Of a stretch of 64,000 nucleotides of DNA, positions 39,461 to 51,700 are shown in pieces. The stretch comes from Mizuhopecten yessoensis (lineage: Eukaryota): the NCBI RefSeq assembly GCF_002113885.1, contig NW_018404771.1, positions 763,531 through 827,530 of the forward strand, written 5' to 3'. Every line of letters starts with the position of its first letter. Position 1 is the first letter of the stretch. The notes beneath the pieces are model-generated. The model saw nothing but the letters and a program-made list of their open reading frames with translations, was not told the origin of the DNA and did not search any database. Made by a program: the position numbers and the translations under genes.

Positions 39461-42235
39461 ATAAGACGTATCAAAACGTTTTAAAAGCTACAAATAAAGT
39501 TTTTTCTTTAAAAATATTAAAACAAACCTCAAAACAAGGTTTTATTAATAAAACACAACAAAACAGTTAAAATGTTTCAAAAACATACAAATCCAACTCA
39601 CATAACTAAAAGAGAGTTATGAGTCACTGTATAGAATACAAAACAAGGTTTTGCTAACTAAATCAACTTCAAAATATTTTCTTTTCATAAAAATGCTACA
39701 AAAAAGTGTTTTAACTCACCGCATCAACTACAAAACAACGCTACATACTTGTATACTAAATAACAGCTACAAAAAACGCCCGCTAATAAACACAACTGTA
39801 AAATAATATTTCACTCAGTGAAATAACTACAAATTTAGTTCTACTGATTTAGCCAATTACAGAAGTCGATTCATAGCAATAACTTGGGAAAAAATGTTAA
39901 GTACAGACAAAATAAGTTATATTCACGAAAGTAACTTCAAAACAATAATCGCCGTCGACCGTCAACTATATGATATTTTGTGTTAGTTGTGTTTTTACCA
40001 ATACGAATATAGTACAATGTTATACTCGTAATGTAAGTGGAAAATTAACAAAAACAAAAATTCTCATCGTGGAAATGATCAACGATACGGTATGTCTATA
40101 GATATATTACATGTGTATCATCCCAGATGTACTCCCTCAAGCGTTCAACTCAACCGACGGTTTACTAGTACCTCGATGAACCGATTTGATTTACCACATA
40201 AAAGGGGACGGTGCTTAAAGGTGTTCTTATAATATGCATCTGTTGCCACCTCAACGATCAGTGATAATTAGATATGTCTCCCCCAACTCTACTGTTGTGT
40301 GTGGAAAGAAAAAAATACATACGCGAACATAAAGAAAACGGCGTAGACATAATACATTACGGGGGTGTTGCACGCTCTCTTTGATGGCAGCCCTAAGCAA
40401 TGCTTTTGTGTTCTGTATTACCGTGCATAAGTACGTGAGTTTTATGCACAGTTATACCCTAGTCTTACATGTGGTAACGTCAAGAATTGGTCATACCACT
40501 ACGGGACGAATGTGGAAGGGAAAATGTGATAAAAAGAACGAGGGGCTGAGGATGGTGAGCGATAAACGAAGAAGTTCGAAGACGGGGAGGTGTAAAAGTG
40601 AAAGGGAAGGGGGGACGAGGGAAAGGTTATAATAATAGAAGTGCGATGAGTGACGGAAGCTATATCACGAGGGTCGGGGATGATATATGGTGGTTAAAGA
40701 GTTGTGGGAGGGGAAAGTAGGTAGGGGGACCAGGATGTCACAAGTACCAATCCATTATCTATCTTCAATTACACATCAATGCGCTGTTGCACAGTTAGGT
40801 TTGAAATACAATGCACTTTCACAAATGTATTACATGTACTTTTAATGTCCTCGTACGTGTAATGTCCGTCTTTGATCCTGAAGTGTTTTTATTTTTTTAT
40901 TCCTAGTACCTATATATATATATGTTACGTATTGGCATGATGACATTTCACTGCATGTAATTTCTGGTGTAGACAGCAGGTCTAAAGACATGTGCAGATT
41001 ATCAGTTTGACACGGCTCCATCAGAAACCTTACTGCCGACTGTGGGAAAAACTACAAGAAGTATCCCCATCTTTTTTTGTTTTACTTTGGTGATGACTTT
41101 TTCGCTGGGACATCAGGTAAAGATAAATTGCGTGAGAAAAATGCTCTTTAAACTTTCAGAGGAACTGAAGAATCATATAACTGGCCTAAAGAGTGCGAAT
41201 AAATAAGGGAGGGGTTACCGTTGTTTGGTCTGACGGGCTTGGAATGTGGCTGATGAGTGTCTTTGATTGTTTTTCTTTGTGTCCCCCCACCCCCACCCCC
41301 ANGTCTGTTTTTATACGAACAGCTTCGATATCAATATGAACTTTTGAACAGTTTTCTTCGTACATTTGTGACCCCAGTATTAAAGCTTGGGTCACTGTTA
41401 AGTTGTTTATCTGTTGAAGGGTTTCTATACCAAACTGGTTTTATTTATGTTACTATGTTTCTCTATTTGGTATGCAGAAGGCATTGCGATAACCATGCAT
41501 TCCATATTGTTAATGTCAAAGGTACCTGTATAAATAAAAGTTGAAATTCAGGAGTCTGGTATCCGTGACAACGGAAGTGAGATATCAACGGAAGTGAAAA
41601 TAAAAGAATATTCATCGTTTTATTGTTGCCAAGGTTACTAGTATTGAGTGTATAAAAAGCAATTTATATGACAATATCTGTAATCAGATTATACTTATTC
41701 ACCATTGTTCACAATAAACCTTGTATCTCAGACAACGTGTACATAATGTGCATGCAAAATTGTCATTGATAAACTATTTTTCAACAGAAATGTAAACGTC
41801 AAAAGACTTTGATATATATAAAACTATACATGTTTTTAGGGGGCAAATATTTACAGAAACCACAGCACTGTGTACAATCGGTCATGTTAAGTTCGATTGG
41901 GTACATATTTAACTATATACTAAAAAAAAATGTACTTTGAGTGACCTCCCCCTGACGTCCGCCGTCTTCCGGTATTTTATACGTGCCACATTAGGCGTAT
42001 CTGTCCCAAAGTTCTTACGCCATCCCACATGGTACGATTGTCTACACACTACTGTCGGCACATTGTTCTAATTACACCATCAAGGACAATAATTGCATCA
42101 AAGATGGCGACTCTTTTGATGGTCCTCCCCTTAGACTGATGATACCTGGTGCCAAGCTTCCGATAACTTCCTGCCCGTGTGTACAACTAGAATTGGGTAA
42201 CATATACCCATGCAGACGACACATTGTGTAATCAG

Positions 42236-42275
42236 TATATAAGGGCTACACCGGAAACAAAGCATTTTCACTGTT
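42236..42275 (+). promoter_or_regulatory. Candidate TATA + Inr core promoter
   Basis: TATATAAG at 42236-42243. Inr-like GCATTT and TCACTG lie 28-34 bp downstream. A consensus donor CAG|GTAAGT is at 42690/42691. Confidence 0.35.
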
Positions 42276-42932
42276 TTATTGTCAGAAATAAAACCGTAAG
42301 TGGATTGTTAATTACATAACACACGGTTCTGCGAAATTCCTGACAGAGAAAGTGATTGCAAAATCTGGATTATTGACAAACAGCACACTGTATGCATACA
42401 CTTGTATATGATCATCAAGGAAGATAAAAGATCTATAGATTTGTTTGAAAATGTGTGTAAGGATATTACACAATTTTCTGTGTGTGACAATTTCGTGAAT
42501 TTAGTTGTCATGTCGGATGCATTCTTGTCATCTTAGCACGAGATTCACACATCAACCCCTGGGATTAATGAGTCGGGACGTTTACCGTTATCCGGAGTCA
42601 TACCTCGGAACTGTTTCAAGTCAAGGACTCTGTCATCAGAGCCGTGTAATCACAGATAGTGATTTCAATCTAATGTGAGGATCGAAGCAGGTAAGTAGAT
42701 GAGTAGTCAATGTCACTCTTAGAAGTGTGTTCTGTGTCATCTAGCTACTTCAATCAAATCAGTGTAGTGTTATCTCAGAAATGTCGAATGATTTCATTGT
42801 TTGAAAACCGAAACGGTAAACTGTGTAGACTCAGGAACAATGTCACCATCGTTCCAAGTAAACCACTTTCTAGTGCGTGAAACGTCCAGATTACAGGGAC
42901 AGATGGGACTTATGTACATGTAGGTCTAAATA

Positions 42933-44700
42933 TGGGACAACCAGATTAGTGGTGGCTTGATAATCATATAACCCCATAAGTAGGGCAAACGTAGTGGTGG
43001 TCTGATAGCGAGACAATCAGATAAGTGGTGGCTGGATAGTGGGACAACCAGATTAATGGTGGTCGGAGAGTGGGAACCAGATAAGTGGTGGTCGGAGAGT
43101 GAGACACTTATATTAGTGTTGGTCGGAGAGTGGGACAGCAGAGATTATTGGTGACTGGATATTTTGACAACAAGAATAGAGGTGCCTGGATTGTGGCACA
43201 ATCAGATTAGTGGTGGTCGGATAGTGAGACAACCAGATTAGTGGTGATCGGATAGTGGAACAACCAGATTAGTGGGGATCGGATAGTGGAACAACCAGAT
43301 TAGTGGTGGCTTGATAGTGGAACAACGATATTAGTTGTGGCTTGATAGTGGGACAACCAGCTTAGTGGTGGTCTGCTAGTGGGACCACCAAATTAGTGAC
43401 GGTCGGATATTGGAACAACCAGATTAGTGGTGGTCGGATAGTGGGACAACCAGCTTAGTGGTGGTCTGCTAATGGGACCACCAAATTAGTGGCGGTCGGA
43501 TATTGGAACAACCAGATTAGTGGTGGTCGGATAGTGGAACAACCAGATTAGTGGTGGCTTGATAGTGGGACAACCAGCTTAGTGGTGGTCTGCTAATGGG
43601 ACCACCAAATTAGTGGCGGTCGGATATTGGAACAACCAGATTAGTGGTGGTCGGATAGTGGAACAACCAGCTTAGTGGTGGTCTGCTAGTGGGACCACCA
43701 GATTATTGGCGGTCGGATATTGGAACAACCAGATTAGTGGTGGTCGGATAGGGGAACAACCAGATTATTGGTGGTCGGATAGTGGAACAACCAGATTAGT
43801 GGTGGACAACCAGATTAGTGGTGACTCGATATGTGGTCGGATAGTGGAACAACCAGATTAGTGGTGGTCGGATATTGGAACAACCAGATTAGTGGTGGTC
43901 GGATAGTGGGACAACCAGATTAGTGGTGACTCGATATTGGAACAACCAGATTAGGGGTGGTCATGTAGTGGAACAACCAGATTAGTGGTGGCTTGATAGT
44001 GGAACAACCAGATTAGTGTAGGCTTGATAGTGGGACAACGATATTAATGGTGGCTTGATAGTGGGACAACTGGATTAGCGGTGGCTTGATAGTGGGACAA
44101 CTAGATTAGTGGTGGCTTGATAGTGGGACAACCAGATTAGTGGTGGCTCGATATTGGAACAACCAGATTAGGGGTGGTCAGGTAGTGGAACAACCAGATT
44201 AGTGGTGGCTTGATAGTGGAACAACCAGATTTGGGTAGGCTTGATAGTGGGACAACCAGATTAGTGGTGGCTTGATAGTGGGACAACTGGATTAGTGGTG
44301 GCTTGATAGTGGAACAACCAGATTAGTGTAGGCTTGATAGTGGGACAACGATATTAATGGTGGCTTGATAGTGGGACAACTGGATTAGCGGTGGCTTGAT
44401 AGTGGGACAACTAGATTAGTGGTGGCTTGATAGTGGGACAACCAGATTAGTGGTGGCTGGATATTCGAACAACCAGATTAGTGGTGATCAGATAGTGGAA
44501 CAACCAGATTAGTGGTGGTCGAATAGTGAGACAACCAGATTAGTGGTGGTCGGATAGTGGGACAACCAGATTAGTGTTGGCTGGATAGTAGGACAACACA
44601 GATGAATTGTGGTGGATAATGGGACAACTAGATAAGTTGTGGCTTGATAAAAGAACAACCAGATGAATGGTTGCTGGAGAATGGGAAAACATAGAATAGC
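42933..44700. repeat. 31-bp minisatellite (~55 copies) with higher-order structure
   Basis: Unit GGGACAACCAGATTAGTGGTGGTCGGATAGT. CAGATTAGTG at 43203 and 43234 gives period 31. Variant blocks recur at 93 and 217 bp. Confidence 0.97.
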
Positions 44701-47700
44701 GGTAACAGGATGAATGAGCAACTCTCATTAGAGATAGCCGGCTAACTCTCCCAATTCTACTGTATAACGCAAATCGTTTACTATGTACCCTGTGGTAAAC
44801 TAGTGGTAAATTGTAGAGCCTATTGTCACGCTTGTCGAGGTTTCAGTAGAACCCCTTATATACTTCTACCGATTACAAGATTATTTAAATGATTAAAGTT
44901 CAAAAGTACCCGCAGATCGCAAAGTTGCTATAAACAACAACTTCCCGTGATAGAGTATGTGTTGAAAAGTATGTATGTTACTGCAAATCACTTAAAATTC
45001 ATGAGACAAATATTTTAGATTTTGACTCACGAGGAAAGTGCTAGCTGACAAATTCAAGAATCGCTCCCAGCAAAATAGTGTCAAGACATTCGTTTACAAG
45101 GTAGAGGAAAAGAGAGTGAGTTGTTCATCAAAGCATGATGCTAAAGTCGTTCAAACACATATTCGAAAAAACCCACTTTCTAATAGTTATCATTGTTATG
45201 ATTTTATCATCTCGCTAAATATGAGGTTTGTTGTATGCAAAGATAGTTGTTCGCTCAAACAGAAAAGCATACTTCCCCAATTTTCAAATGCTATTGAAGA
45301 AAATAGGATATTTTGCTCGATGTATGCCATTGTTGAATCTGAGCTTTCGTTCATAGCGTGCAGATAGATATTGTACAAACTACAAAAATATACTTCAAAA
45401 AACTTTTTCACAGTGACGCGAACAGTAACCCTACTGATTGTGGAAATCTGTTCGAGAGTTCATGCTGGCGATGGTAAGCTTTGGAACTTCGACGATGTTG
45501 TTTTAATTGCACAGAAAATACCGGTTGAGCGTGCTCAATTTAAATTACGGCCTAATCATGGCCTCAAATATCACCCCTTGTTTGAAGTCAACCGTACGAT
45601 ATGGCTGCATAACATATCATTTTTCAAAGTTAGAGTAGCGCAAAAGAGCAATTTTAGAGAAATTATACGGTTCTTCAATATTTTGTCGATGGAATGAAAT
45701 AAAGCCAAACAATTATATCAAAGTCACGTGTTCGTTAAAGTTGGTTTATTCAGCAATAAACGCGGAATTTTTAACAATACATTTTCAGATTAATCATGTC
45801 CTGGAGTTAATTTAACGAGTGAATCGGCAGTGCGTAAACCCCAGATGGAATCAGATTGGTTAGACACGCCAATTACTGCGCTCAGTAGATGATTCTTTCA
45901 AAAAGGTTAAAATAACATGCACCTCACTCCATCAACAACTTCATCAACTTGAAGGAACGCACGGCCGATTTAATAAATTTTAACATCCTTTGACTAGAAC
46001 TTCCATCGACAGAAGATTGAAACTTTCCTTTTTCTTTCTTTGATGTCGGCCGTTTGGAATGCGTTATTTTGAACCTTATTTAACAATTTTATACCTGAAC
46101 AAACTCGTGAGTAAGAGTGAATCGATCGTATAAACGGATTTTAATTGAAACTTGTTTTGAAAGACAAGCTGAAAAAGCATGCTGATCTTGATTTGCCTCA
46201 AAGCAAAATACTGCCACCATGATTTAATTGTCTTTTAATTCAATGAATTCGAAAGTATTTATATATGTACAGTATTTATTGGTACAAAAACCTTTTTGTG
46301 TTTTTATCAACTAATCACGTCTTGCTTGTAGTGGAATGGTTCAACAATTCCGTTACAATGTTCCTAAATAGCTTTGAGAACGACCTCAGTTTACCGGTTG
46401 GAATTACAGTGCCGTTAACACTGTAACACTAAAGATTATTAGCAGTTCTCACAGGGTTCCGCCCCGAGCCCAAGCAAGATAAAGCGACAAGAGTGCGGAT
46501 TCTACTGCGCTGTGGTAATAATGGCGGGTTGAGGCTGCTAAAGTACCAACTACAGCTATGCTTATGAGAGTCAAATTATGTCAGTAAACATAAACTAACC
46601 TTTAGATATTCCGACTCATTTGATATATATGTAAAGTACATTTTTTGTACTCCACGTTCCTAGTGTAAAGTTAAGCGTAAATGATTCGCCATTTGGTTCT
46701 TGTTTTACGTTAAGTTTTTAGCTGGATGTACTCTTAGTGGAATTCGTCAGGCTATATTCTTCATTCTTTTGACAGATGAACGGGTTTTGGCCATTAAACT
46801 TGAGTTTCAATCAAGGATTGACAACTTCATATCTTAACACTTAGATTAAAAAAGGTTTACAGTACAACTCGGCCCATGGCCGTGGAGGGTCCCGTCACAG
46901 AAACTGTATCAGTTTGTTTGTACGGTACTGGTGTATATTCATGGTGCATTCATAATTATTTTGTTTCTTGATAAACTTGCAATTCACAAAATAATTATGA
47001 GTTCATGAAATCGGGCAAATTTCTTTGTCTGCATCCCACTTATAAAGATTACCTAGAGAGATACCAGATCGTAATCGTAAAAACCCTTATCTCTCCCCCC
47101 CCCCNAGCATGTGATTATTTAAGTCTCTGATAAACAGCCCAATTAGACTTCTGATCCTGACAAAGTCGATATGTGTTTCATAAAGAACAGACATGTTGTT
47201 TTTCTTCTATTTGACGGTAGACGTCAGACTTGACGTGAACTGTCATTGTGATTGTCGTGTCAAACAAACGGCGGTTATACGAGCTCTATTTTACAGTTGC
47301 CCTCTCCCCCACTCAACAGCTTTTTCGTGTTTATCTACTTCAAACAAGTGGCAATTATCTGCACATGGTTTTATTTACTGATTCCAATAAAGATAAGAAC
47401 ATTTTTCCTCCTTTGCTTAATATGAAATGTACTTAAAATATTATATTTGTCTGTACATTTCAAGTACTTGGTAAATACTGTTAAGAGCACCATTTGAATT
47501 CCGTTTAAACTACAATCAACATATTAAAAAAAGATTGATTTAAATTGAAAATGTTCAATTAATGGTTGGTTATTTAATAATGAAAACTTAAAATTAAATG
47601 TTTGCAAAAACCAATTGCCACCACTTCAATTTTTCTGTGTAATGAGCACACGAAATGTATGTATACCCTGCATATCGTTGATAAATCATGGTGATTATTA

Positions 47701-48512
47701 GGCAGCCTGCAGTTATATTCTATTCCGGACCATATACCACATATCATGCAACACATCAATGTCCCGTATCTTGGAGCGAGTCAAGGCTGTTTTGTATAAT
47801 AACGTATCCTTCCCTAAAACTGTTTCATTACCAATTTTCTTTACAGGTCATTTGCTCCAAAATTCTGATGCAGGCCTATTTTCCTCCCCAAATTACAGGG
47901 CCTAATATATATCCCCGGATCTTGCAGGGAGCAAGCCCGTGTAAAAATGACCATTCCATGGCAATGCTGCATGACGATTGTTCCAGTTCATTCGTTTAAA
48001 CCTATTCTATTGGGAGATATTTAAACAAGGGGTTAAGCAAATGCTATTACAGTTTACTTACATCATTGCTTACTCTGCATTTACAATAAAATGATAACAA
48101 TGAAAATATATAGACAGATATCACCATTGATCCTTTAACTTTAAAGTTATTTTCTCCAACAGAAGGCGAACAAAAATGCTTTACTTAGAACTCTGAAGTA
48201 AAAGTATTCTACAACTTACATTACGGACAGACTTTACTTTTTGTTTTTAAAATAAAATCTCTTTCGGGCTTTCGAATAGCAATCTTTCACAACCATCCCA
48301 TATCTCTCAAACATATTTCTTAACTAGTAATATAAATGTTATTGATAAGATCCATCCTCTTTGTTACAAATTAAAATTTACCCCTAGATGCAGGTGATAC
48401 TCCGCAAAATATTTAGATTTTAATGAAAGTGGACCAAGAATTAAACCTTGATGAACTCCAGCTTGCTTCTCCAATACGATATTTTTTCCTATCAAAAAAC
48501 TTAATATTGCCT

Positions 48513-48594
48513 TAGTCTCGATAAATCATTTGTAATTCAGGAGACTCTCTGTTCGGCTTGCATGCGCAGACAAGAGTATGGTTGAACGAGACTA
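48513..48594. mobile_element. Internally deleted copy of the 98-bp TAGTCTCG TIR element
   Basis: TAGTCTCGAT...AATTCAGGAGAC...TCTGTTCGGC...GGTTGAACGAGACTA, in the same orientation as 48664-48761. Confidence 0.8.
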
Positions 48595-48663
48595 AGACAA
48601 TATAAGTTTTTTTAATATGAAAAAATATCGTTTTTTTCCCTATTAAAAAACCTTATATTGCCT

Positions 48664-48761
48664 TAGTCTCGATCAACCAGACGTTTGATCACTTATAATT
48701 CAAGAGACAGACTATCTGTTCGGCGTAGATTGCGCGACAGGAGTCTGGTTGAACGAGACTA
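48664..48761. mobile_element. 98-bp TIR mini-element (Academ-like TAG termini, 10-bp TSD)
   Basis: 19-bp TIRs TAGTCTCGATCAACCAGAC / GTCTGGTTGAACGAGACTA (1 mismatch). TSD TATATTGCCT (48654-48663) / TATATTGTCT (48762-48771). Confidence 0.85.
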
Positions 48762-51700
48762 TATATTGTCTCTAATAAAATAAACCCCATGTAACCGCGT
48801 ATATGAAATTCCGGAATATCCGTAAGAATTTAACTCCAGTGTCAAATCTTTCTACCACATTGCCAGACCGATTCTTGTATATAACAGGAGCTTTCGAGAA
48901 AACTATTTGATGAGTGTTGGAATATTACTCCTTCATATAGTTCTCAATGGCAGATCATACAGGAATTAGTCTTAAGTAAAAAGAGAATGTCTGAGCGACA
49001 CATCCTACCTACCTATAACTTTGGGCGGTATTTCCCTATGTTTTGAGAACGCTAAACACCAAACCAACAATCGAAGATAACCATTGACCAGATATATTGC
49101 TCTCTGCATGTCTGATCGTGGGAACGCTAGAAACTTGCGATATCCTTTTAGGAATATTTACCCATCCCATCTCAATCTCGATTGTGTTATCACTGGCATT
49201 TACATCATTGTCTGAAGTATGGGGAAGTTGAGATCGATTTTGATTACAGCATATTTGATATCCGGTAATGTAATTGTAAAGATTTCCGGGAAAGACTTTA
49301 TCATAAAACTACGACAATTGCAGATCTGTGTTTGATTTCACGTCATTAAACCGAAAAATTATGTGTTTACCATTACATAATATCAGCAAATCGTTAAAAA
49401 TAGCGCCGGTAGGCAATTTTTAAAATAGTAAAAAGATGAAAAAAGAAAATACAACCCCCACACCCTTTAAAAATACACTTTGATAACGAAGGTCAAAAAA
49501 AGCTATTTCGTTTCTTTTAACAGTATTTTTGTTAATTGTTTTAAAGTATATCTGGTTTTGTCGTTATTTCATACCCCTCACAAAATAATCTGCGACCAGA
49601 CAAAAATAGATAACACGAACAATATACACACTCCTCTAACTTACGCGTCGACAAACATATTATGATACAAATTATAACATACTTGGCGAACACTACATGT
49701 ATTCCTAAATGTGTAGTAACACAGGAATGATTTACAACCGGGAACTCACAATGCCTTTATGTCGAACATGTCTACCGCACAGACAATGTATCCACAAATT
49801 CTTCCGCGCAAAAACCTTGAGCTATTTGGCGACGTCAAATAATAAAGTGAAGGCGAGGTTTTACTTGTGTACATCGCGCAGACATGCAGCTTATTAATAC
49901 CACACCAATAAATACCCGGATGTAGACTTCTCATCTAGGAACCAATATATGTCTGTACTGACAATAGATGTCTTGCGGCGGGTGTGCTGTGTATACGTGT
50001 TGTTATTTAAAAGACAGGTCCGTTTTAGCCTTCAGATTAAGAAATAAGATGAAGACTGGCATGGTGACACAGAAAATTTAAGACTTTAATAATCGTTTCC
50101 TCGTATGCATTCTTGCGTATGAAAACCTTTCTGAGTTTAAGGATGGCATTGACGTAAGAGCAAACGAATTTCATCCACTTATTACAGGACACTCGTAGTT
50201 GTTGAAATGTTTCTCTTCAAAGACACCAGTGAAAGTATGATGACGTATATGATCTGAAGCAATGGATGGCGTCTGAAGTGTGACGTCAGGGAAATGGTCC
50301 TGACTAAATCCAGACGCAGAGTGTGACGTACGTCTTTAATGAAGCGACTGGTACCGGCGTTACACTATCTACGCTAACCATCGATCATTGGTTGATTGCG
50401 GCCCCTAACATACACGTATATTAACTCAGCGGCCGCAGGAATAACATCGATACGTCCTCAATGATCTTGGAAAGTAATAAATTTGTCTTCATCTTTGGGA
50501 TAACTGCGGATATTAAGTGACTGAATTTAATTACGGGTTGTTGTAGAACCCCGGTACGACGAATGAGGAGTAAGCTTCGGGTATTGTTAGCTTGTATTGC
50601 AACTGTATCCAAAATTGACGTTTTAATATAATACCACTTAAATCAAATATTAGTGGGATATTTGTCTTTATTAATTTATTAATTTTTCTTATTCTGTTTT
50701 AGCAAACCTTTGTAGCACGCGTTTAAAAAATATACCACAATTGACTTACGGTTGTTTCAAAGTCATGGATATTGTGATGGCTACTACTATCAGATTACTA
50801 TTAGACATGACGTAAGAGTGGGTTGAATAGCGGGGGTGCCGCCACTCATGAACATGAACATGTGTAAGGCGAATAGAAACAATAGAATTGTCGAAAAACC
50901 GTACATGGACAAAGCATTTTGATTTATCAAACGATTACAGTGTACTAAGGAGATCTAGAATGCTAGAGCAGTTGATTACACCAAATATGACGTCATGACG
51001 TTATGACGTCATATTGAAGTAATCATTAGGAAAATGAAGAAAGAAAGATTAATTTTAGACAACGGAAACATTGCACCATATGACCATTCCGTCCATTTTA
51101 AACTCATCAATGGTACAACAGGTCAAAGTTAATGTCCAAAATATTTTGAAACCTGCATGAAATAAAACAAACACGGAAAGGTACTTATACATATATAAAA
51201 CCCTTTATTACGTTACAAACTTTGCTTATTTGGCTAAAAGAGATGAATTAACCGTGACTGATAGTCTACCAGCAAAGTCATACACCTTTTTACCTAAAAT
51301 AATCTCTAGTACTACAAAGGAAGGGAAAACCTATTTGGAAATTCAGTTTGTCGACGCCGAGAGCTAAACACAACAAACGCTTCTGATCTCGATGGTAGAT
51401 GGTCGTTGATCAGTGAAAACAAGTCCTTCGCGAAAAGCCTTTCGTTTCGTTTTAGGTCGGTCGGTCGAGCCTCGCTGAAACGTAAACGTTAAGGTTAGTT
51501 TCATAAGAAAAAAATGAAAAGACTCCTCCTATATTTCAGTTCCTATGTGACCATTTATCTTGGGTCAGTTATCGGGGTCAACAGTAACGCCAGAAAAGAT
51601 ATCAAACTCAAGACCCAAACATCAATAAAGTCTGGACAAGCGTTAAGTACATAGCGGCGATAAATGTATCTGTCGTAAAACGATGAAAAACGTAGTAACT

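Noticed and set aside
42613-42639. Hammerhead-like CTGATGA...GAAA on the minus strand (also at 10990-11012)
   Set aside because: Stem II does not close with the required pair, and I could not build stems I/III with an NUH site.
42933-44700. CRISPR-like appearance of the 29-39 bp repeat arrays
   Set aside because: Units are head-to-tail with no unique spacers, there are no cas genes, and the context is eukaryotic.
47485-47506. miR-29-like sequence GAGCACCATTTGAATTCCGTTT
   Set aside because: It has several differences from mature miR-29, and the upstream arm pairs poorly, so there is no convincing pre-miRNA hairpin.
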